NCBI GenBank assembly: GCA_963706325.1
Contig: CAVPLT010000001.1
Location: 416,001 to 480,000, forward strand
From: an uncultured Nitrospiraceae bacterium
Lineage (GTDB): Bacteria; Nitrospirota; Nitrospiria; Nitrospirales; Nitrospiraceae
Direction: 5' to 3'
DNA length: 64,000 nt
The translations under genes were made by a program, and so were the position numbers. The notes under the pieces were generated by a model. The model searched no databases, was not told the DNA's origin, and saw only the letters and a program-made list of their open reading frames with translations. Positions 30,666 to 40,126 of this stretch are shown piece after piece; within the stretch, counting starts at the first letter, position 1, and every line of letters starts with the position of its first letter.

Positions 30666-30666
30666 G

Positions 30667-32295
30667 TCAGGCCGCTCCAAACTTTCCCGCCATCCGACCC
30701 AATTTTCGTTTTACCATCCTCAGTACGACGTCCAGTTCGTCCGATCCCAGCATGATATGCACGCCGAGATAGCCGACGACGCTGAATCCGATCCCACCGA
30801 TTAGGACCACCGATTTCATCATCCATTCGCCCGCCTGGGTCCAAATCACCGCGCCCGCCACCCACAGACAGATCAGGACAACAGGAATGCAAGCCACCAG
30901 GACACGGAGAGCGGACCATCCGATCGAACCCCAATCGACACGCCCTAACCGTCGATGCAGCACCGCCACGAGAATACTTGCGTTGAGCATCGACGCAAGT
31001 GCGGTGGCCAATGCCAGTCCCGCTGCCTCCAACAGTGTCATCAACCACAGCGATAACAGGATATTGGCACCGACGGCAATCCCAGCCGTGATCGCCGGCG
31101 TCCTGGTGTCCTGTAGGGAATAAAAGGCGGACACAATGATACGTACTCCCGCGAAAGCCCACAACCCGACCGCATAACCTAGCACCGCAGCCGCCGTAGC
31201 GGCGGTATCTTCTCTGGCAAATGACCCATGCTCAAAAAAAAGATGCACGATCGGCTGGCGCAAAAGTATCAATCCCAGCATGGCCGGCAAAATAATAAAA
31301 AAAATCATCCGCAGGCCGAAGCCCAGCGTCGTCCGCAGTTCATCGAGCGCCCCACGGGCCGCCTGCGCAGAAAGCGTCGGCAGAATCGCCGTGGCGAGCG
31401 CGACCCCGAAGATGCCGAGCGGAAACTGGATCAGCCGCATGCCGTAAAACAAATAGGTCGGTCCGCCGGAGAAAAACGACGCCAAAATAGTGCTCACGGT
31501 AATGTTGATCTGCGTCACCGACAGCCCAAGAAGCGAGGGAATCATGAGCCGTCCGATGCGCTTCACCCCCGGATGCCGAGGCTGGAATCTCAGCCCGAAT
31601 AACATGCCGCGTCCATTCAACCCGGGCAGCTGCATCGCAAACTGTGCCATGCCGCCCACCACAATCCCAACCGCTACCCCGATAATGGGTTCCGGCAATA
31701 GGGGTGACAGGAACATCGCACAAGCGATCGTACAAATATTAAAAAAGACCGGAGAGAAGGCCGGCGCCGCGAAGGCGCGCAGGGAATTCAGAATTCCCAT
31801 TGCCAAGGCAGCCAGACTGATGAACAACAGATAGGGGAACATCACGCGAGTCAGCAGCGTCGTCAGTTCTAACTTGTCCGGATGGCCATGAAATCCCGGC
31901 GCAAGCAACCAGACGATCCCCGGCGCTGCCACGATCCCCAACAATGTCACGACCGTGACGATGGTGAGCAGCGTCGTGAAAGTGGCGCTGGCCAATTCCC
32001 AGGCATCGCGTTTCGTTTTAAGAGTGTGATACTCGGTGAAGACCGGGATGAACGCCGCGGACATGGAGCCTTCGGCGAATAACTCCCGCAACAGGTTGGG
32101 AATTCGGTACGCGACAAAAAACGCGTCGGCTGCCGGGGTGGCTCCAAAGAGCCTGGCGAGGACCATGTCGCGGACAAACCCGAGAATGCGGCTCGAAAAC
32201 GTGGCCACGCCGATAAGGCCGGCCGCCTTGACGACCGAACGGGTTTCGTCCGAAGCATTTGGAGATGGATCAAGGGCAGCGGCGGGATCTGGCAT
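30667..32295 (-). CDS. murJ: Lipid II flippase
   Basis: SRILGFVRD, PNLLRELFAEG and FYSLQDTRTP motifs; multiple TM helices. Confidence 0.96.
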   Translation of the reverse strand: MPDPAAALDPSPNASDETRSVVKAAGLIGVATFSSRILGFVRDMVLARLFGATPAADAFFVAYRIPNLLRELFAEGSMSAAFIPVFTEYHTLKTKRDAWELASATFTTLLTIVTVVTLLGIVAAPGIVWLLAPGFHGHPDKLELTTLLTRVMFPYLLFISLAALAMGILNSLRAFAAPAFSPVFFNICTIACAMFLSPLLPEPIIGVAVGIVVGGMAQFAMQLPGLNGRGMLFGLRFQPRHPGVKRIGRLMIPSLLGLSVTQINITVSTILASFFSGGPTYLFYGMRLIQFPLGIFGVALATAILPTLSAQAARGALDELRTTLGFGLRMIFFIILPAMLGLILLRQPIVHLFFEHGSFAREDTAATAAAVLGYAVGLWAFAGVRIIVSAFYSLQDTRTPAITAGIAVGANILLSLWLMTLLEAAGLALATALASMLNASILVAVLHRRLGRVDWGSIGWSALRVLVACIPVVLICLWVAGAVIWTQAGEWMMKSVVLIGGIGFSVVGYLGVHIMLGSDELDVVLRMVKRKLGRMAGKFGAA

Positions 32296-32303
32296 TAAGC
32301 GCG

Positions 32304-32332
32304 ATTGTAGCGAAACCGAGAGAGGCAGTCCA
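32304..32332 (-). promoter_or_regulatory. Sigma-70 promoter of murJ (probably leaderless)
   Basis: Minus strand TGGACT-N17-TACAAT-N8-ATG with no SD. Confidence 0.55.
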
Positions 32333-32353
32333 TTGTCTGGCGAGAACAAACCA

Positions 32354-33016
32354 CTAAGCGTCCTGAATCACTTCATTCGGCAGCTCATTCGGATTGTCGC
32401 CCTTGCCTGGAGGATAAGCGCGAGCGAGAAGAACTCCACTGGCTTCGATTCCACGACAGAGCCCGCCCACTAGATCATTGGCCTTTAAACGCTCGACAAT
32501 CACCGCAACTACCGTATTCCATTCGTCGGGTGAGACCGCTTGGCGCAACGACTGATCAGCCAGCACATAGACTTGTCGCTCGAGCAGTGACACCATCAGC
32601 AGCAAGCCGGTCCGTTCGCGGGTGAGAGCAATCCCATGCTGGGTGAACGCTCGTTCGGCTCGCAGCTGCACTTTCTGATGCATTCTTTCGCGAGAAGTGA
32701 GAGATCGAATGACGACTGGCCACGTTCCGGCCAAGACTCCGATGCCATAGGCCAGCATGGTCGCGGTAACCAGCCAGACGGCATTCGCCGCATGCCATCC
32801 CCACGGAAGCCAAGCGGTCTCAATCGTCAGTAGCGTCGTAAGAACGAGGAGCGCGAGCGCGAGGCCCGCCCGATGCCGCGCCTCGCGGTAGAGACCCGAC
32901 TGTTTGACGAGCATGGGCACGATCTCCGCACTTGTGTGTTGTTCCGCCGCCTGCACCGCTACCTCGATCTGCGCCCGTTCCCCCTGGGTGAGGGTTGACC
33001 GGTTACCAGTCTCCAC
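32354..33016 (-). CDS. TPM-domain membrane protein
   Basis: AEQHTSAEIV, TRERTGLL and DNPNELPN motifs; GTG start overlaps the upstream gene. Confidence 0.88.
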   Translation of the reverse strand: METGNRSTLTQGERAQIEVAVQAAEQHTSAEIVPMLVKQSGLYREARHRAGLALALLVLTTLLTIETAWLPWGWHAANAVWLVTATMLAYGIGVLAGTWPVVIRSLTSRERMHQKVQLRAERAFTQHGIALTRERTGLLLMVSLLERQVYVLADQSLRQAVSPDEWNTVVAVIVERLKANDLVGGLCRGIEASGVLLARAYPPGKGDNPNELPNEVIQDA

Positions 33017-33908
33017 TTGCCCCCCCTCCCCCAAAATCGCCTCCACCGCCGGAGAAGCCACCGGATCCTCCGAAGGATCCTCCGATCCCCCCGGAGCCCC
33101 ATCCTCCATTCTGAGTGCTAAACCAAGTGCCATCAAACGGGTTTCCACCTCTCCTTCGTCCCGAGCCGCTGCCTTCCCCTACTGCACTGAGTAGACTGAC
33201 CAAAGCCACGCTCACGGCTCCGGCAATCAGAGCAGGGATCGCCCAGGGTGCAGCGAAAAACGAGAGACCGCCTGCGGCGACCGGCCCCAGCACACGATGC
33301 GCGCGCGAGAGCAAAAGACCGATGACGACTCCCAGGATCACCGCGAAGGCGGCGTTATTGAACGTTTCACTGGATGGCGAGGATGTCGCTGAGCGCTCCT
33401 CAGCATTGTAGGTTCCTTCGATGGTTTTTAGAATGGCCTGGACACCAGCCGTAATGCCCCCGGAGAAATCACCCGTTCGAAACCTTGGCACGATCTCGTT
33501 GCGGATAATTTGCGCGGATCGCGCATCGGTCAACACCCCCTCGAGCCCGTAACCAACCTCCACACGAACTTTTCGATCCTTGATGGCGATGAGAAGCAGG
33601 GCTCCATTATCCGTGCCCTTGCGGCCCAAATTCCACGTGGTCGCTACACGATGGGAGAGATCAAACAGCGGCTCTCCCTCCAGCGACGGGACAATCAGCA
33701 CCGCCACCTGATTGGTGGTTTTCGCTTCATGCGCCTGGAGCTTAGCGGACAGTTCCTCGGCCACTGCAGGGGGCAGAACGCCCGCCAGATCAACGATGCG
33801 GCCGCTGAGCGGCGGGACCTCGAGCGCCTCAGCTAGAAGGACACCCGTAAGCGCGAGCCACACCCCAGCAGCGAGGACCGCAGGCCCTACCCGGCTCATC
33901 AGCCGCAT
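33003..33908 (-). CDS. TPM-domain protein (YgcG-like)
   Basis: VRVEVGYGLEGVLTD motif; Gly-rich tail ending GGGGASGDW. Confidence 0.93.
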   Translation of the reverse strand: MRLMSRVGPAVLAAGVWLALTGVLLAEALEVPPLSGRIVDLAGVLPPAVAEELSAKLQAHEAKTTNQVAVLIVPSLEGEPLFDLSHRVATTWNLGRKGTDNGALLLIAIKDRKVRVEVGYGLEGVLTDARSAQIIRNEIVPRFRTGDFSGGITAGVQAILKTIEGTYNAEERSATSSPSSETFNNAAFAVILGVVIGLLLSRAHRVLGPVAAGGLSFFAAPWAIPALIAGAVSVALVSLLSAVGEGSGSGRRRGGNPFDGTWFSTQNGGWGSGGIGGSFGGSGGFSGGGGDFGGGGASGDW

Positions 33909-33939
33909 CCCGAACCCTCCGCCTCCAATGACCTGGACG

Positions 33940-34542
33940 TCAGAATTTCACTTCCGGCGGCTTCGCCACCGCCTTTTCGTCGGCCACCGTGAAATTGGGT
34001 TTCTCTTCCATATGCAACAGGAACTTGGCGGTCAGATTCGTGGGGAAGTAGCGGACCATTTTGTTGAACTCTGCCACCTTATCGATGTACCGCTTCCGTG
34101 CCACGGTGATACGATTTTCTGTGCCTTCGAGCTGACTTTGGAGGTCACGAAAGTTTTGGTCGGCCTTCAAGTTGGGATAGTTTTCCGCGATGGCCAACAA
34201 TCTCCCTAATGCATTGGACAGTCCCTGTTGAGCTTCCTGAAATTTCTTGAACGCCGCCTCATCTCGTAGCAACTCCGGAGTCACTTGGATGCTCGTGGCT
34301 TTCGCGCGCGCCTGTACGACGTTTTCCAGCGTGTCCTTCTCATGCGCAGCGTACCCCTTCACCGTATTCACAAGGTTCGGGATCAGATCGGCGCGCCGCT
34401 GATACTGGTTGATTACCTCGCTCCAGGTGGCCTTCGTATCCTCATCAAGACCCTGCAAGTCGTTGTAACCGCATCCCGACAGGGTCAAGATCGCCATGAG
34501 CAGCAATATTGCCCCTCTTAACCGCGTGACTGACGTGATCAT
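33940..34542 (-). CDS. lemA: LemA family protein
   Basis: YQRRADLIPNLV and QLEGTENRI motifs; AAGGAGG RBS. Confidence 0.95.
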   Translation of the reverse strand: MITSVTRLRGAILLLMAILTLSGCGYNDLQGLDEDTKATWSEVINQYQRRADLIPNLVNTVKGYAAHEKDTLENVVQARAKATSIQVTPELLRDEAAFKKFQEAQQGLSNALGRLLAIAENYPNLKADQNFRDLQSQLEGTENRITVARKRYIDKVAEFNKMVRYFPTNLTAKFLLHMEEKPNFTVADEKAVAKPPEVKF

Positions 34543-34711
34543 GCGTTCCTCCTTCGCGCCCGTCATACAGACGAGCATATCAAGACTCAAGACGTTCACA
34601 GACGAAGTCAACGACCGGCGCGACCTCGCGACGCGCAAGAGGTATCGATCATCCCTTCAACCTTGTTATACTCGACCTTACGGTTGCGATTATCCTGCAA
34701 ACGGAGCACCC

Positions 34712-35017
34712 ATGGCACTCGATCGGTCCACCGATTCCCCCGGAGGATTTCAGGTCCGACACCGCATCTTAGGGATTTTCCAGGGGAGTTCGATCGGACT
34801 GGCGTTTTGGCACCCCTCTTCCCACATGCCCGAATATGGACTCTGCCGGTTTGCCACGGAAGCAAAAGCACAGAGCTATGTGGACTATCTTTCTTCGCCC
34901 ACTTGTCCGGAGCGGTTCAAAACTACGGACCTGACCGTGGAGGCGTTCGACCATGCCGAACACGAACGGCTTACGACAGAGTACCCACAGACTTCGGCAT
35001 GGGAAACACCACTGTAG
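34712..35017 (+). CDS. Small hypothetical protein (101 aa)
   Basis: GGAG RBS; extended -10 TGTTATACT at 34664-34672. Confidence 0.7.
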   Translation: MALDRSTDSPGGFQVRHRILGIFQGSSIGLAFWHPSSHMPEYGLCRFATEAKAQSYVDYLSSPTCPERFKTTDLTVEAFDHAEHERLTTEYPQTSAWETPL

Positions 35018-35142
35018 CAGAATGCTGAGATGATCGCTGCCTACTCGCGCAGCGGCACGGTCGTAGCCGGGTTGCATCCTTCACGTGGTCTGATTAATAG
35101 GAGTGAGCCGGCTCTGTGATAATGGCGCAGAGCCCAAGCGGG

Positions 35143-35643
35143 CTAGATAGAGGAACGGGGCCCGAAGGATTCGGTATGGGCATGCACAAACGCGAGGAGG
35201 CGCTTGTTCTCCTGTGCTGCCCGTAAAAATTTGAAGGCGATTCCACGAGAACTCACGGATCGGACCATCGCGGCAACCTCGAGCGGAGCTTGTTCATCGT
35301 CCAGCGCGATTTGCAGATAAAAGATGTCGTCCACGTGCACAGGGGAGTGGCTTTCGATAATGCACCCGCCCATCGATATATCCAAAACCGTTCCCTCTCC
35401 GCGCACCTTCCCACCTGAAAACGATAGGAATAAACGCACTGGAATCCGCAGATGCTCGCGCCGATCGACCGTGTGATTCGGATAACTGCGCCCCAGACGA
35501 GAGGCTGGGAAACGAAAGCTGCAGTCTTGGCAATGAAATGGGGAAATGTATGCGAGTGACTGCAGGCGTTCCATGAAAGTGTGACATGGAGAACGGAATA
35601 CCTTGTCTTGGCCACATTGCGGGCAGATCAACGGTTGTGCCAT
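35143..35643 (-). CDS. PilZ-domain protein with N-terminal zinc ribbon
   Basis: CPQC...CQDC; RREHLR and DISMGG PilZ motifs. Confidence 0.9.
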   Translation of the reverse strand: MAQPLICPQCGQDKVFRSPCHTFMERLQSLAYISPFHCQDCSFRFPASRLGRSYPNHTVDRREHLRIPVRLFLSFSGGKVRGEGTVLDISMGGCIIESHSPVHVDDIFYLQIALDDEQAPLEVAAMVRSVSSRGIAFKFLRAAQENKRLLAFVHAHTESFGPRSSI

Positions 35644-36101
35644 GCTTGATGTTCGACGGATATCATCGCCGCTCTCCCGAACGCGCAGTCGTCCGAGATC
35701 TGCCCGGTTTTGGTTCTTCCTGCCCATTCCACGTAGAGGAGTCTGCTAGCTTCACCATTCGTTCACACAAAATTCGTCGACCCCTGCACGAATAGACCCC
35801 TAGCCTGCGATCGCACGTTCCGAAGACCCCTCAGCGCTATTAAACCGATAAAGGATGATGAAAGTTCTGTCAAGAAACTCGGCGGATCTTCGCCGACTAG
35901 GCCACCAGTGCCATACATGAATGCTGCCTTTTCTGGAAACTTGATAGGTTTAAACTAACCCAGCAACTACTTTATAAATTGAAACTGTATTAACGTGTTT
36001 TAACGTTTCACTAATATCCCTCTAATCTCGCTTTGTTATGGTCTTCCTCACATGGGCACGCCCCTTACAAGATGGGGCACAATCCTAAGGAGGTAGAAGC
36101 C

Positions 36102-36281
36102 ATGACATGCGGACGATGCCAAGGACTAATGGTCGATGAGTGGCGTCCGGATTTCTCTCCGGAAACGTTTGTATGGCGGTGCATTAATTGTGGATCGGTC
36201 CTCGATCCTTTGATCGAACGGAATCGGCGACCAGGTCTCGCCGAGCAACTAATCTTAGAGCCAGTTGGAGTTCCGCAGTAG
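36102..36281 (+). CDS. Small zinc-ribbon protein (59 aa)
   Basis: MTCGRCQGLM...WRCINCG; AAGGAGGT RBS. Confidence 0.85.
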   Translation: MTCGRCQGLMVDEWRPDFSPETFVWRCINCGSVLDPLIERNRRPGLAEQLILEPVGVPQ

Positions 36282-36332
36282 CGATGTGACAGCCGCAGGC
36301 CAGAGCTTCTTCCTGGTCTGCGGCAAACCTTG

Positions 36333-37106
36333 CTACAAGGCGAAGTTAGCCCAAAGGACGGTATGATCCGAAGGATCTGCGGCGCGTCTGGGCTCAAGAT
36401 CAACTTCGACTTGCTGACACTTTTGCGCGAGTGAGGCCGTGGCCAAAATATGGTCGATCCGCCACCCTTTATTAGCGGCAAGCGCACTAGGCGCACGGTA
36501 GTCGAAAAAGGTAAATTGCTGGCGGTCTGGATACAGTTTGCAGAACACATCTTCGAAGCCCCACGCAATCGTCTCCCCATAGGCCTTGCGGGCGTCTTCG
36601 TGGTAGCAGACATGTTTTAGATGTTTCTCCGGACTGTGGACATCAATGGGTCTTGGGGCCACATTCATGTCTCCACACCAGATCGCCGGCTCCTTCGGCG
36701 AAAGATGAACCTCAAAATGCCTTTTCAAGCGTTCGTACCAGGCAAGCTTGTATTGGTACTTGGGTGAATCGATCTCGAACCCTTGCGGGACGTAGGTATT
36801 GATGACGGAAATGCCCTGAATCACAACCCGCAAGAGACGAGCATCCTCCACATCACCTCCATCATCGAACCCATAGCATACCTGATCCGGCTTGATCCGA
36901 CTGAGCACGGCGACGCCATTGTACGACTTCATACCTCGAAAGGTGATTTCGTACCCAGAGGTCGCAAGCCCTGCCAAAGGGAACTCACTGTCCTGAACTT
37001 TGGTTTCCTGCAGACAGAGCACATCCGGCTCGTGGCGCTCAAGCCACTGCAACACAATGGGGAGACGCTTGCGGAGTGAATTGACATTGAAAGTCGCGAT
37101 TTTCAT
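36333..37106 (-). CDS. xth: Exodeoxyribonuclease III
   Basis: ATFNVNS, LQETK, GDMNVA, RIDHIL and SDH motifs. Confidence 0.95.
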   Translation of the reverse strand: MKIATFNVNSLRKRLPIVLQWLERHEPDVLCLQETKVQDSEFPLAGLATSGYEITFRGMKSYNGVAVLSRIKPDQVCYGFDDGGDVEDARLLRVVIQGISVINTYVPQGFEIDSPKYQYKLAWYERLKRHFEVHLSPKEPAIWCGDMNVAPRPIDVHSPEKHLKHVCYHEDARKAYGETIAWGFEDVFCKLYPDRQQFTFFDYRAPSALAANKGWRIDHILATASLAQKCQQVEVDLEPRRAADPSDHTVLWANFAL

Positions 37107-37164
37107 GGGCTGAGCCGATTTTAGCAGAGCTTAGTCGATGCAACAACTAACGCCAGGAAACACC

Positions 37165-37200
37165 ACGGCCTGTGATGGGATAGTTCCGATCACAGGCCGT
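37165..37200. terminator. Hairpin, possible terminator of the 37245-37649 gene
   Basis: ACGGCCTGTGAT / ATCACAGGCCGT 12-bp perfect stem; U-tract weak. Confidence 0.5.
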
Positions 37201-37244
37201 AGTTGAACGTTACGAGGATTGCCTCGCAATCGCACTGCTATGGA

Positions 37245-37649
37245 TTAGTTCCTTATGGCGTCTTTTAAGTCGTGGCTCATCCCGTCGGCCTGATGCAAGG
37301 TTCCATCAGCTGCGCCTTTTAGTTCTGCCGCTTTTGCGTGTACAGCCTCTATCTTCGCATTTGCCTTGGCTTTCACATGCTTCTTCTTCGCCCTTACGTC
37401 AGCCTTGGCTTGCTTTTTCTTCGCTTTGGCCTCCCCCCGCTTCGCCTTCGCCTCGCTTTTCGCTGACTCTTTCTTTGCCTTGAGATCGTTCGTGAGGTCT
37501 GTCTTTTGGGCGTTCAGATCGTATGACAGGCCGCTCATATCCTGCTTTATGTCCTCCGCGAACTTCTCTGCGCCCAGCTCGTCGGCAAACACGAACGTAC
37601 TCATGCTCACACAGACAACGGCGACCATGGCAGCGATAGACCTTTTCAT
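37245..37649 (-). CDS. Exported Lys/Ala-rich low-complexity protein
   Basis: Signal peptide, AKAKK repeats and GGAGGT RBS. Confidence 0.8.
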   Translation of the reverse strand: MKRSIAAMVAVVCVSMSTFVFADELGAEKFAEDIKQDMSGLSYDLNAQKTDLTNDLKAKKESAKSEAKAKRGEAKAKKKQAKADVRAKKKHVKAKANAKIEAVHAKAAELKGAADGTLHQADGMSHDLKDAIRN

Positions 37650-37834
37650 CAACAGACCTCCATTGGGGGTTGAATATGGCAGTTGAATCCTCGTCGAACC
37701 AACAGGCATGCAGCACCCATCAATACCCTGAGATGGCTCACTTGCCAAACATTTTGCTAGTTTTTACCGACACGATCTAATCGGTTGTGCCGAAGTTAGG
37801 ACTGTTCCCTATTCAAGGGAAACTATTCGCGACA

Positions 37835-38659
37835 TTATTCGCGCACGGCGGCAAGATAGCGTCGAAGAATCGCCTGCTCCACTCGTGAACGGCCACGGTC
37901 GGGGGCGGGAAACCGGAGTACCAGATGTATGCGGCCCGCCTCGGGGAATTGGATTGTGATTCGCGGGTCAGGTGAAGGGGCTTCCAATAGGTTCCGCTGC
38001 TCTAGAAGCTTCATCTGTCGGCCCATTTGATCCATGAAGGGAGCACACTCCACCTTGGCAGCCGCAAGAAGTGCCTGTTCGGCCGCCTGCCAATTTTCCG
38101 AGCTTAGAAGGGGGACTGACAACACGTAGAGACCGTATTCCTGCGAAGGGCTTTCTTTGATTAGCGGATTCGTGAATAACAAGCTGTTTGGAAAGACCAC
38201 AATCCGTCCGGTATAGAGGTGTGATGTCAGACCTGGCCCGATCTCCAACAGTTTGGTTGCAAACACATCATGATCGAGCACGACCCCTCGATACATGCCC
38301 AGTTGAATGCGGTCCCCGACCCCATACACGCTTCCTCCGACACGCAACGCAGCGCCACTCCAACAGAGAATCAATTCTTTTGTCGCCAACACCACGGTTG
38401 CCGCCAATGCGACGAGAGACACCGCAAAGGCTTCCAGCTCATGGGCCCAGATCACGATCAGACCCACGAATAGGCCGAGCACCATACTGTTGCGACTGGT
38501 AACGATCCATCGGCGCTTCGCGTCGATAGTCAGCGTGTGGTATCGTCGGATTGCGCGAACCACGACCGTTCGCACGATGAGCAAGATCAAGAGAAGTAGG
38601 ACGGATTTCAGGAGATCAAAAAACACACTGGAGCCGATGACCGGCAGCATTTCTCGCAT
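37835..38659 (-). CDS. Small-conductance mechanosensitive channel family protein
   Basis: TM N-terminus; VGDRIQLG and VVFPNSLL motifs. Confidence 0.88.
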   Translation of the reverse strand: MREMLPVIGSSVFFDLLKSVLLLLILLIVRTVVVRAIRRYHTLTIDAKRRWIVTSRNSMVLGLFVGLIVIWAHELEAFAVSLVALAATVVLATKELILCWSGAALRVGGSVYGVGDRIQLGMYRGVVLDHDVFATKLLEIGPGLTSHLYTGRIVVFPNSLLFTNPLIKESPSQEYGLYVLSVPLLSSENWQAAEQALLAAAKVECAPFMDQMGRQMKLLEQRNLLEAPSPDPRITIQFPEAGRIHLVLRFPAPDRGRSRVEQAILRRYLAAVRE

Positions 38660-38677
38660 ATGATATTTGAGGCCGCC

Positions 38678-39127
38678 TTACTGCGGTGCGGTCTCATCCT
38701 CACTGGCGCGGGGGACGCATTCTTCTCGTTTCCAATCCTTCAGCCGTTTGTCGTCATCAAATGAAAGCGTGTAGCGGTAACAGTAGAGCGGCTCGCGGTA
38801 GGGCTCCTCAGCGCCGGCCAAACTTTTGCCGAAGGGAGAGGGCGAGGGAGGAGCCTTCGTTTTTCTACCGGCGGTCAATGAACTGGGATCCCAGGGATGA
38901 ACCTCCCGATCTCCCATCGGCACTCGGTAGGTCCACACCGTATCTCCACCGAGCACCGGCGTCTTTGTGGTGCTGGGCGGACCGAGCTTTTCCGCAATAT
39001 CGTCTTGCGTGAGCGTCTTTACCCCTTTAGCAAGATAATGATCGCGCCAGGGCCCTCCGCAGCCCGACAAGAGCACAAGACAAAGTAGAGGAAAGCACCC
39101 GCTCCATCGAACCAGGCAGGCCCCCAC
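38678..39127 (-). CDS. Hypothetical lipoprotein (start uncertain)
   Basis: Lipobox LSGC; KLGPP...VWTY segment is BamE/SmpA-like. Confidence 0.75.
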   Translation of the reverse strand: MGACLVRWSGCFPLLCLVLLSGCGGPWRDHYLAKGVKTLTQDDIAEKLGPPSTTKTPVLGGDTVWTYRVPMGDREVHPWDPSSLTAGRKTKAPPSPSPFGKSLAGAEEPYREPLYCYRYTLSFDDDKRLKDWKREECVPRASEDETAPQ

Positions 39128-39152
39128 ACTCTTCTCATCGCACCTAGCCCCG

Positions 39153-39368
39153 TTACTGTTCCGAATCACGATGTTCCCGAATCCATCGTATGGAACAATA
39201 CATCGCATAGCCCTGGGCCATCATCCCCGTCACGAGAAGCCCCAATGCCGTATGCAGCCATGCCGTATCAGGATATTCCAATCCATAGATGCCCAGCATA
39301 AATCCCACGGCAATGAATACGATGCCCATCCCCCGCGCGATCAATGCATTGGTCCGTAAATCAGGCAT
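39153..39368 (-). CDS. Small two-TM membrane protein
   Basis: Two hydrophobic helices; GAGG RBS. Confidence 0.7.
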   Translation of the reverse strand: MPDLRTNALIARGMGIVFIAVGFMLGIYGLEYPDTAWLHTALGLLVTGMMAQGYAMYCSIRWIREHRDSEQ

Positions 39369-39445
39369 GGATTTTCCTCTCGCCTCACACATCCATTACG
39401 CTACACCCAGGCGGCCCATCGGTTCAACTCTCCGCTCTTTGAATT

Positions 39446-40126
39446 TCACGACCTCGCCTTCTCACGAATCGCATCGGCTCTCCCTTCCAACACGGCTGCC
39501 TCAGCACTTCGATTGAGCCTGCGAAGCGCGCCGGCGTAGTCGTCGAGATTCTTCAGCAGGTCCGGATGGTCGGGGCTCAAGCGTTTATCTCGCACTGCTA
39601 ACGCGCGCGCCAACAATGTCGCGGCCGGGTCCCAGTCGCCTTGAGCCAGATGCATCGCGGCCAAGTTGCTCAGCGCCAACGCGACCTCCAGGTGATCAGG
39701 CCCCAGAAGTTTTTCTTTGATGGCGAGCGCTCGGGTCAGGAGCCGCTGCGCGTCGGCATATTGTCCGTGTTTGCGATGCAATACTCCCAGGTTGTTCAAC
39801 ATCGCGGCAACATCCAGATGGTTCTCTCCATACACGTCCTGATAGATCTTGAGCGCCTCAAGATAAACGGGTTCGGCCTCGACAAATTTCGCCTGTGCGC
39901 TATAGGTCTGAGCCAGACGGGCCAGCGTCACCGCGACCCGCCGGTCGTGACGACCAAACTCTTCCGCTTTATGCACAGCCGCGGAAAAAATATGTTCGGC
40001 TTCCTGGTACTGCCCCCGTTGCAACGCCGCCTCACCAGCCTGCATAGCCGCGTCCCATGTCTGTTGCCCGCAGGACAGGGTAATCACCAGCAGTACGCAC
40101 ACGCAGATCAGGCATGTCGCCCTCAT
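39446..40126 (-). CDS. TPR-repeat lipoprotein
   Basis: Kinesin-light-chain-type TPRs (LNNLG, LSNLA); ATGA overlap with the upstream gene. Confidence 0.88.
   Translation of the reverse strand: MRATCLICVCVLLVITLSCGQQTWDAAMQAGEAALQRGQYQEAEHIFSAAVHKAEEFGRHDRRVAVTLARLAQTYSAQAKFVEAEPVYLEALKIYQDVYGENHLDVAAMLNNLGVLHRKHGQYADAQRLLTRALAIKEKLLGPDHLEVALALSNLAAMHLAQGDWDPAATLLARALAVRDKRLSPDHPDLLKNLDDYAGALRRLNRSAEAAVLEGRADAIREKARS

Noticed and set aside
33003..33110. G-rich repeats as a DNA repeat element
   Set aside because: Explained by the normal Gly-rich tail of TPM/YgcG proteins
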